Source: Hydrolagus affinis (taxonomy: Eukaryota). Taken from it: 64,000 nucleotides of DNA. The translations under genes and the position numbers were made by a program. The number at the start of each line of letters is the position of its first letter. Within the stretch, counting starts at the first letter, position 1. The stretch is from the NCBI GenBank assembly GCA_012026655.1, contig JAAILG010001100.1, forward strand, positions 1 to 64,000. Reading direction: 5' to 3'. Positions 1 to 25,139 of the stretch are shown piece by piece. Under the pieces are notes generated by a model. That model made no database searches. It was not told the origin of the DNA and was given only the letters and a program-made list of their open reading frames with translations.

Positions 1-540
1 CAATGGAAGCAGTCAGACAGACCTCGGCTTAGCCTCAGATCCTGTATTTCTGATTTCCGTTTGTTTATCAGGCTGTCTCTGTGTTTGTGTATATGGTGTC
101 TGTGTGGAGGTGGGTGGGGGAATTACCCGTGTGTTTGGGGCGAGGGGGGGGGGGTGGTAGGTTGGAGCGGGAAAGGGAGATTTGCTCCTCTGCTGTTGTG
201 CTCAATGTCCCGTTTCACCTCTGAGCACTTTAGCAGTTTGCGCAATGCAGGTGGGAGGGAGGCATGGTGTCTTGAATCAGATCTTAGCATTCCTGTGTGC
301 AAGTGAACTACAGTGTTACGAAATGAACAGGCAAAGCAGGAAATAATCATCTTCCCCCCTCCCCCTCCCCCCCCCACACACACAACCCTCCCACACTCTC
401 TGTCTGTAATCTGCTTTGGAGCAGAAAACGTATGATCACATTTTGAAAGTTGTGCTTAATGTTTCTGTGCAAACTCCTCTCTGTGCACATTGATAACTTG
501 CCCAGACCCAATGTTAATATTTCTTTTCCTCGCTTGTTGA

Positions 541-1096
541 GTCCTGTAGCTCAGTGGTTAGAGCACTCATCTTACAAGTGAGAGACCTGGATTTGATTCC
601 AGGCTGGAAGTGGGGGCGAAACCTTGGGCAAATTTCCTTATTCCACATGACTGATAATAAACTGATCATTTTGTGCAGTCCTGTAGCTCAGTGGTTAAAG
701 CACTTTCCTTACATGTGTGAGACCTGTGTTCGAATACAGGCAGGGCGAAACCTTCGACAAGTTTCCTTACTCCACACGCCTAATACTAATCCATTTTTAA
801 AAATTGGCTTAATAAAACTTCTGTGCACAATTAGCCGCTGCGTTTCGCCCATAAATATGCAGTCAATGCACTTTTACAGTATATTCTTAGTGCTTTGAAG
901 ATGTGAAAATTATGATATCAAATGCAAAGATTATTATTATTATTTCAATCCACGTCTATTTGTGAGACATTTGTGTCTCAACTATTTGTGCAGTTGGCTA
1001 TCGAATTTCACCTGCAAATATACAGTATATTCTGTGAAGTGCTTTCAGACGACCAGAAGACATGTTAAGTGCTATATGAAATTCAAGGATTATTAT
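541..1096 (+). mobile_element. tRNA-derived SINE (family A), nested pair: inner copy 677-942 inside outer copy
   Basis: Two Pol III A/B-box heads (GTAGCTCAGTGGTTA..., degenerate GTTCGA-type B box) followed by two bodies and tails ending CAA(A/G)GATTATT. Confidence 0.85.
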
Positions 1097-2517
1097 CTCT
1101 GTTTGTATCAATCCTTAGCAGAACAGCCGCCAGCGTTGCCATACACAATGGGTTCCAACCCAGTGGCGGAGCTCCTTTAATAAACAACTACTTTATGGTG
1201 GACAATTTGTTGCACAATTGACAATTCTAGGCAATTTTGATTTACCTAGAACAATGCCATCTGCTGGTTTGTGACGCAAAAAAAGTGTCTACAGGTTCCC
1301 CTTCCTTCCATTGAGATATTAAACGTCAGTCTCCCTGTTCAATTGGACTTTAGAAGATCCCTTGACCCTTTTGCAAACCACAATTCTCCAGCTAAAATTG
1401 GTCAACTCACCTCATGGCTGTGGGGAAACTGGCTTCTGTCTGCCATTGCCAACAAAAACACAGTCACTGCACTCGTCAGCAGTAAACTCTAAAGTGCTTT
1501 AATAATAATAATCCTTGCATTTGATATAGTGCCTGATCATACCACTGAGGTGCCTCAAAGTGCTTCACAGCAGATATTGTAAAAGGAATTGATTATCTAT
1601 TTATGGGGCTTTGAGATGTTTCCACATTGAAAGATGCTGTATCGAACACAACACATTATCATCCTGGCTGTAAAGAGAGGCATTAGGTGGTTGAAATTAC
1701 AATACAGTACTGTATCATAAAGAGAGTTGCTGTAGTGCCCCCAGTGGCTGAGTTGGTAAATGTGGACCAAGGATCACAGGTCGGATCCTTGGTATTTGCT
1801 GCAATTATTATCATAATAATAATAATTATTATATTAATGGTTGATCTTCACAATGGTGGGTGTGGGACAGGGCAGTCACTGTCTCACTGATTTATATATG
1901 AAGAATGATCACATTGGGCTTAATACTAGTGAGCAGCTGACTCAGCGGTACTCCGTAGCTCTGTAAATCAGTGAAGCCAACGGGAGCCCAGGGCCAAAGA
2001 GAACGTGTCGATGGGAATGCAGTGTTTATAGGAATGTATCACCCCCATCACACCAGCCCTTGTCACTGGCTCCTTATCACAGAGCAGATCGACTTCAAGA
2101 TTCTTACACTCGTCTACAAATCCCTTCACTCCCCGACATCTCCCCATCTTTCCGACCTGCTGACTTCCCATTCCACCACCCGCTGCCTCCGCTCGGCTGC
2201 CTCCAACCTCCTGCTCGTTGCTCGTCCCCTTCGCTCCACCATCAGTGGCCGTGCTTTCAGCCACTACGCCCTGAAACTTTGAAACACTGCCTCAAACACT
2301 CGACCTTGCCTTCTTCCCCCTTTTCAGATCACAAAGGAAGACGTTCCTCCCCGACCGTGCTTACGTTCTCCTCCTTCTGGTTTGGCGTCAGGCTCAGCCA
2401 CTGTTACGCACCAAAATTTTCCCCAAATGAAGGGGACAATATAAATGGAAGTTGTTGATAATGACGGGAGCACAGTGGAAGCCGAGTGACAAATTCTCTT
2501 TTGTTTTCCTAGCCGAG

Positions 2518-14107
<11,590 letters not shown>

Positions 14108-14351
14108 AGTCAGCAATTGATCAAAGAAATGACAGGAGTATGGAATGGATTAGACATGGGTGGTGTGAAACAAAACATGATCTTTCAATAATGCTATCTA
14201 TAGTGCACTTGGAAACAGACTGGTTCTTAACCAGCTCACCTCAGTTCTTGCCTAATTATATACCAAATATTTTATTGCATGTACTTCAAAATACAGCATC
14301 ATGCATGCTACCGAATTACTCGATTTAGCTTGAAATTTACAATTTTTAAAA

Positions 14352-14357
14352 AATAAA
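14352..14357 (+). terminator. Candidate AMPD3 polyadenylation signal (second AATAAA at 14638-14643)
   Basis: AATAAA in the AT-rich region 245 nt after the stop codon. Confidence 0.45.
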
Positions 14358-15387
14358 ACTATATCAGAGGAAGCAATTTGTCAATATTGACTGGTACAGT
14401 ATATACCAGTCTATAGGCTGCAATACAATGTTTGTAAATTATCTATACAGATTATCTTTCTAGAGTAAAGTGCATATGTTTCTTTCCCATATTTACTAAA
14501 ATACTTATGTTAGTACAGTACTGAAATACTTACATCAGTCAGTGAATAGTCAAGAGTTGATTCATGGTGTTCTGAGCACTTTGGCATTGGGGAGGTGGGT
14601 TATCTTTCAATGTTTTGTTAATTTTTATAATTTTACAAATAAATTCTCATTGATTTGCAACCAGTTCCTCCCTCCATAAATTGCAGATAATCCAGAACTC
14701 TGCAGCCTGTGTCCTCTACAGCTCCTAGCTCCTTGACCCCATCTTCCCCATTCTCACTTGACTACATTGGCTCCCCATCACCCAGAGGATTCAATTCAAG
14801 ATCCTGGTCCTCGTGTTCAGAGCCCTCCATGTCCTCACCCCACTCTACCTCTGCAACCTCCTAAACGCCTACCAACCTGCATGCCCCCTCCGCTCAGCAG
14901 GCTCCAGCCTGCTCCATGTCCCCTGACCCACCATTGCCGGGCAAGTCTTCAGTTACTCTTGCCCCATACATCTGGAATTCCATCCCTCAGTCCCCCTGCC
15001 TCGCCCCTCCCTAGCCTCCTTCAAGACCCGCCTCAAGACCCTCCTCTTTGACGGTCCCATCAGTCATCCCAAATCCCCTCCTCTTCCTCCATCGTTCCCG
15101 ATCCCGACCGCAGCTCGGATCTGAAACATTGGCTGTCCAGCACTCTGGGATGTCGTCCTGATGGGAAAGGCACTATACAAATGTAATTTTGTTGTTGTTG
15201 CTGCAGTATCCACACATATAACTCGCAGCAATACCAATCAAGGGAAATTTAAACTATAAAATAAAGACATCAGTCTAAATGGCAGCTAGAGTGAATTTTG
15301 TTGATATCTAGATATGTACATTGTAAGTGAGGCCCTCGGTGCTACTTCAAAGAAATAACAATCATGGGATTGCATAGAACAATATGT

Positions 15388-15393
15388 TTTATT
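15388..15393 (-). terminator. Candidate RNF141 polyadenylation signal (3'UTR about 1.8 kb)
   Basis: TTTATT on + strand (AATAAA on -) at the end of a largely repeat-free AT-rich stretch downstream of the stop. Confidence 0.45.
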
Positions 15394-17161
15394 GTACTAA
15401 ACCTAATAGTCAACAACCCCCCCCTCCCCACCCACAAAAAAAATTCCAAATAAACAGAATAAGTGTTTCCAGAGTTTTCAAATAGAGAAGTTATTGTTTT
15501 AGTGTAAACAAAAAGCAGCAGTTTAATAATTGGTGGTAGTCACCATATCTCATTTGAATGTTATCAAAAAATTGATGTGTGCAGGCTACATCTATCACTT
15601 CCAAATCTGTGTATCCAGCCAAGCAAGTCTGCACTAAGATACCAAAAACAATTCCATGGACTTTAACTTCTACTCCCCGATAGAACCAGGGATTAGACAA
15701 TACAGTAAGAGAGACAATTTTGTAAGCAAGGAAATAACTCACCAGTCATGACTTAATACATCAAATGGTTCAATTTGTTTTAGGATGATATTGATTTGAG
15801 TTTTGCACCAGTCAATGTACACCTGATTTGTATAACAGTGTTTGAACTATGAAGCACATCAATTATGTGCCATTTCACAGAAGCACTCTCTCCAATCTCA
15901 AAACATTTCATGAAAGACCTTGTTTAACAAAAAGGTTCTATGCATGCTGTCACAAAATGAATAGCAGCAAATATCCTTCCTCCTAACAGACCCGTCTCTT
16001 TAAGATTAGCACAAGTTATTTTTGTAAAGGAAGCGAAAGAAGATTACTACAGTAAAAGTAAATTAAAAATAGGAAGGTTCAGTGAAAATGGGATGAGGGG
16101 GGAGAGAGGCAAAAGAGAAAGAACAAAACGTATGTATTCAAATAATATAATAATAATTGTTGCATTTGATATAGCACCGTATCACATCGTTGGGATGTCT
16201 CAAAGCGCTTCACAGCCTGTGATTCAGGGCAACTGGCAGGTTATTTAAATTAAATGAAGGTGTTAAAAGTTACCCACGTGTGCAGGGCAAAAGGCAATAC
16301 AAACTCAGTATTCGCTTCAGCGATGCAATACTGCAATAAATTCAAACTTTTAAATTAAAATATTCTTGCTGCCAACACAGAGCTAAATGTCTGGAAGCTA
16401 CAACCATTAATAAACCTTGAAGGTCACTGAGTTCCAATCCAAAACAGGCAAGTTCAAGGAGCTCATACTCAATAATATAATTTATCCTAAAACCACCAGT
16501 TATATTGAACCACCAGTTTATTCTTCAATCATGAATTTGTAAAATATAAAAATAATCTTATAATCCATTCACAAAGCACAACCCTAGTCTGACGATTTAC
16601 ATTACATTCTGTTCACTCCTTAGCGAGCATGAAAAACCATAATCAAAAAATTGAATTCTAGAGCAAATCAATTGAAAATGCCAGTTTGGTACTCACAGCT
16701 TCCATCCATCGAACTACAGTGAACTACGGACATAAAGTGCATGATATCAAGTTATAACTTTTAGCCTTTAAAAGTTAAACAGTGCTACGATTGAGCTTTT
16801 CCCAGATGTGAGTGGTATGAGCAGATTTCCATAGAGGACTTGCTGGACATACAAAATAATGCAGTGATTGTTAAGTATTACAGACATTTATGTATAATGT
16901 AAAGTTAGACTAAGAATAAACAATCCTTACAACTGATTTGTCCACTTTAACCAATATACAGCCAAAAACACAACTGAAAACTTCAGATATGTTTGTCAGT
17001 CTACTTCAATGCGCGATCAAACGGGGGCAGTAAAACCAAAAGATACTATTCAGCCACAATGGCCCGAATGCTGGTAAAACTTGTTAAAAGCACATTTTCT
17101 TTGACAAGGAGCCAAACGAAGGAGCCTTCTTCATTTGCACAAGGTTTAACCCTCATTAGTC

Positions 17162-17312
17162 TTAGGGCTTGTGGGGCTGCCCGGCCTCATCTGCTAGATT
17201 AAGAATGTAACTTGCTATGTCCTCTTCAGTGGGTGCTTCAGATACAACCCAAGAATCCCCGGCTTCGGTCACTTGCAGTCGGCAAATTGGACAATTCCTG
17301 TTGCGATCACTC
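17162..17312 (-). CDS. RNF141: RNF141 terminal coding exon
   Basis: [13 protein letters not shown]...[30 protein letters not shown]. Confidence 0.96.
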
Positions 17313-20011
17313 CTGTTATAAAAGTAAATAGCACATGAAACTGAAATTTCCAACTCTTAAATTCCCATTTAAAAAAAGCCACAGCCAATTTTATCAGTCT
17401 AGCATGCAATGTCCTAAAATAGTGGACATCTTAAAATATAAATTCAATTATTTTCACAGCTCACAGTACTGTAATATATTTTAACAAGATTTAATCTTTT
17501 ATGGTGCAACACGACAGGAATACAACCTTTGGTTCTCACAAATGAGATACCATACCAGTTTAACCTCAAATATTAAAGATCACATTTATTAACAGCAAAT
17601 ACAATACTGGTAGAAATGTGCAGAGAAGGTTGAAGGATATTTTTGTATGCATGAAAATAAATCTTGAGGATTTAACATTCACAGGACACAGTACTAAAGC
17701 AACACCATCATTTCCGGTCCACTATTTCTAAAAATCTAGATTATATTTTATCAGGTGATTTAAAAAATGTTTTCCTACAGGCATGTGAAATGTGAAAAAT
17801 AAAAAGCCTTACCATTTATCAATGCATTTCTGACAGAAGCTATGAGCGCAGGGCAGAATAAGGTCAGCACGACCATCCATGCAAATGCAACATTCTTCTT
17901 CATCGGTCATCTGCTTTATCCTGCAGAATGTACAAAACAATGTTGGCACAGTATCTAATGAATAAAGGAAATTCATACAATCATATCTTTTGCCCTGAAT
18001 TATTCAGTTGATCCCTTTTGCGATGTTTCATTCTTTACTTGAGGAGGTGAAACAATCAACTTTCATGATTCTGCCAATGCACAACTCAAGAGCAACTTCG
18101 ACCATGATTCTGGTCTCAGGCTGCATTCAGCCCAGGAGATTTCATCCAGTCCTCGAACATAGTCTTGCGGGATCCTGAATCATGGCTGTGATACACTAGG
18201 TTAGTAAAACATCCAAATCAAAGATGAACAAATATGAATTATTCAAAACAGACTGAACCATTTGTTAGTCAATTTCAATGATACTTATATTAAAATAAAC
18301 ACAGAAACAGTAATGGACAAAACATTTTTTTAAATCTGGCCACCTTTGATCTATTGGATACAATATTACTACATTCCTAATGAATAATCTTTATTCATCA
18401 GGAATCTAGTAATAGTTGAACTTTAAGCAGACTTGCAACAACTTATTGCTCACCAAGCAAAATTTCCCCGCTTAATATTTGCACTATTCCAGAAAGTAGT
18501 TGCTACTGAATATCGACCAGAATAATATAAAAACATTTTATTTCAGCAGAAACATTTATCTAACTGCAGATATAAAAAAAGTTAATATGTAAAAAACTTC
18601 AGAGAATTATTATATGACTTATTATAATTGGTACTATACAGCAACAAAATTACATTTGTATATAGAGTTATTCTATTTATACTGATTCAAATAGATTTTT
18701 CTTCAAAACTTATTTTTCTGGTACGTTAGCATTATGTTGTGTTTAAGATCAGAAAATGCCATAAGGGTCATTTACTATGCTGATATGGATTTGTTTACAT
18801 ATCCATATCCTCTCTATATAAGCAATATGATTAAGAATTAGACAGTATTATGTGAAGAGTTTGGCACCATTATGTGGTGTTTGTAGACCAAAGTAGACAA
18901 GGGAAAGCTTCAGTCCTCCTGGTTCTGTAGCACCGAAGCTTGTTCACATAGTCACACAATATTTTTAAAATACACTAACCTTATTGTTGGTTAAAACAAT
19001 AAGAAAATGGATATTAACAGCAAAATGATTATGTAACCGTAACCACATCTACTGGGGATCTTGTGAAATAAACTGTATTTCAGAGTATTGAATTGTATAG
19101 ATCGCAAACCATTTTGAGGCTAGGAAGGCATTCTGGTATTCTAATAAACTAAGCCTGTGCTAAAATGTGGCTTTTGGCAATGTTAGTACAGAATAAATTA
19201 CGATATTGAAAATACACGGATGATGCACTAATTTAGCCAACTCAAATCATTTACTCACTTGCCGAGCCACATACTGGCATGAGAAGAAGATACTGAAGAA
19301 ACACCTGCTATTGTTCCATCAGACATGCTGCTGTCTTGGGTCAGAACTCCACTTGCCTGAACAGTGATCTCCCGATATAGCTGGGTGAACTGATAGAGAT
19401 TTAAAATTCTGGAAGCATCGATATTTCCAGTTGTCTTGTTAATCTGTTAACATTATGATAGTGTACAATTAAAAGCAGCAGAAATTATGCACAGTTGAGT
19501 AAAATACACAATTAAATACATATTGTCCCACAAACAGCCAAAGAAACATACCACTTGTTTCATACCTTTGAACAAACAACCCGCACAATAATTTTCCAAA
19601 GGGCTGAGGAATCAGAGCCAGGCTGTACTTCAAACAATAAGCACTTCTCTTGGCCAGCAGCTAACCTTTCTGTGCTAAGGTGGGTGAAAAATAAAACATT
19701 AGTGTCCCACTTCTAAACTGGTTCTTAAAATCTAAATAGTCAAATTTGATTTTGAGCTTGCAAGGTAGACTTGAGCTACCTTCCCACAATTACATTTTAA
19801 AAACATCCCCATTTTGAAGCCATATGAAACAAAAATCAATTTGTAACACATAAAAGGATTAAACTTACATTTCATTAAGTTCTGCTACTCTGGCAAGAAA
19901 TTCCTCATACATCAGGAAGCCACTTTCTCGTACCAAAGCTGCATGTTTCATCACTTTATCTGGCAATTTATTTAAGACAGTCGGAGTTTGGTTTGAAATA
20001 TGTTGACCCAT
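17162..20011 (-). CDS. RNF141: RING finger protein 141 (ZNF230), 5 coding exons, 231 aa
   Basis: Exons 20011-19869, 19674-19566, 19443-19259, 17920-17813, 17312-17162 (696 nt, phases consistent). MGQHISNQT is an MGxxxS myristoylation-type start. RING domain [37 protein letters not shown]; C-terminus [10 protein letters not shown]. Confidence 0.96.
17813..17920 (-). CDS. RNF141: RNF141 exon (RING)
   Basis: [35 protein letters not shown]. Confidence 0.96.
19259..19443 (-). CDS. RNF141: RNF141 exon
   Basis: [27 protein letters not shown]...ASMWLG. Confidence 0.94.
19566..19674 (-). CDS. RNF141: RNF141 exon
   Basis: [30 protein letters not shown]. Confidence 0.94.
19869..20011 (-). CDS. RNF141: RNF141 first coding exon (acceptor at 20081)
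   Basis: [47 protein letters not shown]. Confidence 0.94.
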
Positions 20012-20804
20012 AATTCAATGGCAGCTTAGTAGCTGCTAGGGCTAATGGAATGCTCTTAAGTTTTAGTCATTTGTAGATCTCCTGTTTAAATAAAAAAATT
20101 AAGTGAATAAATTCTGGCAACATCCCTAACAAAATATACCATGTTTGTTGGTAAAAGCAAATTAAATAACATTTACCACCCTGAAACAATTATGTTTTGC
20201 TTAAATATTGTACAATGTAGATACAATGTAGATACAGTTTACACCCTACATCCTTCAATACTCGCATTCAATTTTACAATATAAACAACAAATTACATTT
20301 GATAAGAAGTTGCTGATGGTTGGGATAAGCCTCAAATACGAGGATTATTATTATTACTAAACGTTACTAAAACAGACCAGAAATTTTTGGATAATTGCAT
20401 TGTTCCCTCAGTTATCTTCTCTTAATGGTAGTCTTCCTTCTTGGTAATCTAGTTACCAAACGGCTTAAGCATTTCATTGCATAGTTCCATGCATGGCATG
20501 TCACAAAACAGATAAGAACCATATGAACTCCAATCACACTGCAGGATTAAACAGCAAATTTTTAATGAACATTATGGGTTGGATTTCATGTTGGACCATC
20601 CTTTTGTGTCAAAAGTAGAAGTTGTTTAATAGGACGACAGAGTCATTGCGCTTTGTGTTACTGACTGAGAAGCACAACATTCAAATATTAAACAATGCAA
20701 ATAGTCAGTTTGGCTTAACTAATAGCATTTTTGTCTCTAGGTAAAAAGGTAGTGTGTTCTGCTCCCCACCTACATGAGACATCCTGCAAACTTGAAAGGC
20801 ATAA

Positions 20805-21113
20805 ATAATAATCCAATAATTCTTACATTTGATATAGCACTTTTCATGTCTTCTCCATGTCATAAAGTGCTTCACAGAATATAATGTATAGTGTTTTGAC
20901 TGTTTATATGTGGATGAAACACGGCACCCAATTGCACACAGTAGTGTCCCACAAATAGTCATGGATTGAAACGATCAATTTATTGTTGTTTTTTCAGGCT
21001 TTATTAGGCGTGTTGGAGTAAGGAAACTTGCTCCAGATTTCACCCTGCCTGAAACTGAACTCGGGTCTCTCACTTGTAAGGCGAGTGCTCTAACCACTAA
21101 CCTACAGGACTTC
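20805..21113 (-). mobile_element. SINE family A
   Basis: Full-length copy. Confidence 0.88.
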
Positions 21114-21974
21114 ACCATATCAAATGCAAGGATTGTTATTAATTTTGACTCAATAGGGTTGGTTAAAAAGTGTATGATTAGTACTTTTTATGATGTGTGA
21201 AACATCACACTGAAAGAATACAGCCTTCTTCAAAAGATGTTTGGCCACAAAAAAACTGTTTCCAGATTTGTACTAGATGAAAGGACACAATCCACTGTTA
21301 CTGTGTCGGAAAACATCTGTGACAATAAGTGACAGGTGTCTGTTTCAGTTAACAAAATAGGGCCAGTCCAACTAACCAGAAAATGAAAAGCAGGCAAGTC
21401 AAGTTGAAGAGCTGGACAGTAATCACCACCAGCAGCTAATTTCTACTGGAGAATGGAACAAAATGAACTCAATGTATATGGGATGCGATAACATTTGATA
21501 CTCTGTGGGAAGTTTGATACTTATTTTACAGGCTGCTAACTTGAAAAAAAAACTCCAGTAGTGGTTAATTTTCTAGATATTGCTCTCAGACTCTGCTAGT
21601 TAATAGCCAATAGACAAACTGTCACTTTCCATGTTTGCATGGACCCTTTCTTACGCCGTTTCAAAGGCACGAATCCAAATCTTCCCAGAGAATCGGCCTG
21701 ATTCTCGACCACATGGGCGTGTATTTATGTTGTGTTTGTTACGAGGAGATAACAAGTTTGGGCGTCTGTCTAATTTTTGAGAAAATGTTTCATATAAACC
21801 TGCAAAACGTCCCCTCCCCACCTCACCAGGAGACCCTTTCTTACATAGAGTCTCTCAGGAAATGAACTAAAGTGGCCGCTCTGCTACCCCATAAGCTGGC
21901 TGTGCTAATACAGAATGGGGCTAGTTTGGGGCCAATGTTGTGATGGACTTTGGGTTACAAACATCATTTCTGGC

Positions 21975-22480
21975 AAAGTCGGCGGGGCTGACATATCGGC
22001 GCTAAGGCCGGGAAGGAGACAATACACGGCTCTGTGGGTGTTGGGGTAGAGCGGGGGGAGGGGGGAGTGGCATCTCACGAAGTGTGTGTTTGCATGGGGA
22101 GGGGAGGGGAGGTCTACGAAGAGCCAGCGGGGCTCAGCCGGGCCCTGTGACAAGAGTCCGAGGAACGGCCTGCCGAACGTCACCAGGCCCGCGCTCGCCT
22201 CCATCAGGCCTCTCCCGAAAAATTCTCGCTCACCCTCCTTCCCTCCACACAGAGCGGGTAGATCCCGCTCTTTCTCTCTCACCTGGCGCCGCTCTCATCC
22301 TCTCCACAGACAGCCCGCCCGTCTGAGCCGCCCAACCGCCGCAGCCCGAGACGCCAACCCCCACTCTCCTACCGCGCAGGCGCACTAACTGCCCGAACCC
22401 TCCACGCGCAGGCGCACCAACCGCTCACCCATCGTGATGTCACAGCTCGGGCGTCTGACACTCGATGCGACGTATCGACA
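21975..22480 (-). promoter_or_regulatory. RNF141: CpG island: RNF141 promoter and non-coding exon 1 (donor CCAG|gtgag, exon ends at 22283)
   Basis: Strongest CpG/GC-rich island in the window. Two NRF1-like CGCGCAGGCGCAC copies (22373-22385, 22405-22417), a CRE-like TGATGTCA (22435-22442), and a canonical donor on the - strand upstream of the coding exons. Confidence 0.8.
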
Positions 22481-22485
22481 ACAAT

Positions 22486-23220
22486 GGAGAGAGTGTGAGA
22501 GATGGTATAGAGGAGAGATAGAGAGAGTGTGAGAGATGGGATAGAGGAGAGATAGAGAGAGTGTGAGAGATGGGTAAAGGAGAGATTGTGAGAGGAGAGT
22601 GTTTGTTTTAAAAGGGAGGGGGAGGGACGGAATGTGAGAGTGTGTGTTAAAGGTGAGAGACGGAATGTGAGAGTCTGTGTTAGAGGAGAGGGAACGTGAG
22701 AGAGGAGAGAGTGTGTTTTACAGAGGAGACAAATAGAGAGACGAGAGACTGAGTGTGTGAGAGAGGGGGGAGAGACAGGGAGTGTGAGAGGGGAAAGAGT
22801 GTGTGTTAGAGGAGTGACAGAGAGAGTATGAGAGAGAATGTGAGAGAGGAGAGACAGAGTATTCGAAAAAAGAAACAGAGAAGACTGGGGGAAATAGTGT
22901 GTGTTTGTGTGTGTGTGTAAGAGGAGAGTGAAAGAAGGAGAGGGGAATATCAGAGAGAGAGAGAGAGAGAGTGTGAGAGAGGAAAGAAGTCAGGAGGATG
23001 GAGGGAGGAAGAAAATAATCATGTTCCGATGTTCTGGAACGCTAGAAATGAAGGAGAAGGAAATAAAAGGAAGGGAGAGAAGACGAGGGAGAGACGAGGA
23101 GATGAGAGAGAGAAAATAAGATAAGAGAGGGGGGGTAAGGTGAGGAAGGAAGAAAGGATGACAAAGAGTGGGACTCAGGTGAGATCGGGGAGAGGATGAG
23201 AGAAAAGAAAGGAGGATGGC
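22486..23220. repeat. GA-rich polypurine tract including three ~34-nt tandem units
   Basis: GAGAGAGTGTGAGAGATGG.ATAGAGGAGAGATA-type unit x3 (third diverged), then degenerate GA repeats. Confidence 0.9.
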
Positions 23221-25139
23221 TCTGCGTTGGCAGCATATTCTCACTGAGAACAAAAGGTTGTTACCTCGTTGTAAAACTGGCTAATTTTTCTACATCGTGT
23301 ATTTAAGGGAAGAGTGTAACCCGCTCACAAAACATGCTGGAAATGTTCTGGTAAAGTCACAATCTGTGAGGTCTTACATCACAGGGTGGTGGCTGGCAAT
23401 CACCATGATGACTTGAAAAAAATAAATGTGTGTTGCAATTGCACCAAAGTCCATGTGTAAAAAATACCCTATGGTTGTCAATAAATTGAAGGTCATCTGA
23501 GCATCTGGGTATAGATGTCTGTATGTCCCTCAGATGAGGAATCCAGAACAAGGCATAAAATTAGAAGGGGTGATTTTCCCTAAAAAGCTGTGGATACTGG
23601 GTCAATGGGAATTTTCAAGACTCAGGTCAATAGATGTTATGAAATAGTATCAAGGGATATGGAGAAAAGGCAGGTAAATGGAGTTTCGGTATGGATCTAA
23701 TATCTGGATCTCATCCAGAACTCTGCAGCTCGTATTCTCTCCCGCACTAAGCTTGATGACCATATCACTCGCACCCTTGCCCGGCTCCATTGGCTCCCCA
23801 TCCCCCAGAGGATCAAATTCAAGATCCCTGTCCTCACTTTCAAGGCTATTCACAGCCTTGCCCCTTCCTATTTCTATGATCTACTGTCTCCCTATGAACC
23901 CACCCGCCCCTTCCATTCAGCGGGCACCAGTCTGCTCCATGTCCCCTGCCCGACTCGCCCTACCATCAGTCAACGGGCTTTTAGCCTCTTTGCCCCCACA
24001 CTCTGGAACTCCATCCCACAGTCACTTCCACTTCCTCCCTTGCCTCGTTCAAGGCTGGTATCAAGACCCTCCTCTTCAATCATACCTTCTGCCCTCCCAA
24101 CTCTATAAATCTAATGTTGTTGTAATAGAATAGTGGAACAGGCTTGAGGAGCCGACTGGCCTGACCCTTTGATTGGAATAGAGTTTAACCTGCAGGCTAA
24201 AGTGTCACAAAATGGTCTGAATAGCTGGGACAGGAATGGGGACTTTCATGAGAACTGTATTCAGGTTCTTATCAGGATTCTGTCGCTGTTCAGTGATGCA
24301 ATATTACAGTTCTATTTAAAAGATGCACAGAAAACCTATCTCTTGTTTGACTTGATGGAAGTGTTCAGTATTTTGAAAGGAATTGATAAAACACTAATAA
24401 TAGCTTGAAAAAAACATCATTTGAAAGTCTTGCCAACAAATGATAAGCAATACTGAATGTACCAACACAGTTTTAAGTTTAACATGTGGGGCTGTTAAGT
24501 GTAGATCACTTTGCTGATGTTTTGATGGCGACAAGTCCAGGGAAGTGCCTGAAAGGAATTACTGCTTCGGATGTGTGGTGAATTGTACATATTTGATATA
24601 CTGTATATCTTAAATTATTCAATACTGTACATGAAAAAGGCAATTAGTCAATTAAATTGGAAAAAAAAACACCCAATGATTATCTTAAGAGGTACTCCAA
24701 ATCAATGACATTTTAATTGAAAAGTCAGGTTGCAAATTATAGTACAAGGGCAAATCACAGCTGACCTATGCCACTTTGGATAGTTTTTTGTTGTTGCATT
24801 TGATGGAGCGTTTGATGGAGAAGTCTTATTTGTGATCAGTATTATACTGTGTACTTTTGAGAACTAAAGTTCAATTACTTTACAACAGTCAATTCACTTT
24901 ACAACATATTTTGTGAAGTGCTTTGAGGCATCTAGAAGACATGAAAAGCGCTATATCAAATGCAAGGATTATTTATTATAAATGATTATTGCGTAAAATG
25001 CCAAAGTGATATTTCATATTGTCAATTGCAGTGATTTATTATGTGTCCAAACACTTTGTGAAACTAAAATCATTGGGAGATCAGTTGGAAAATTGGAAGT
25101 GACTGTAGGCATAAGAATCTATAAGGAAGGATATACCAC

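Noticed and set aside
1-2512. AMPD3 first exon(s)
   Set aside because: No convincing ATG plus phase-1 donor or promoter could be identified; it may lie upstream of the window.
15400-17161. miR-17 (16733-16740) and miR-15/16 (15962-15969) 8-mer matches in the RNF141 3'UTR
   Set aside because: A couple of 8-mer hits are expected by chance in 1.8 kb across all conserved seed families; conservation data are needed.
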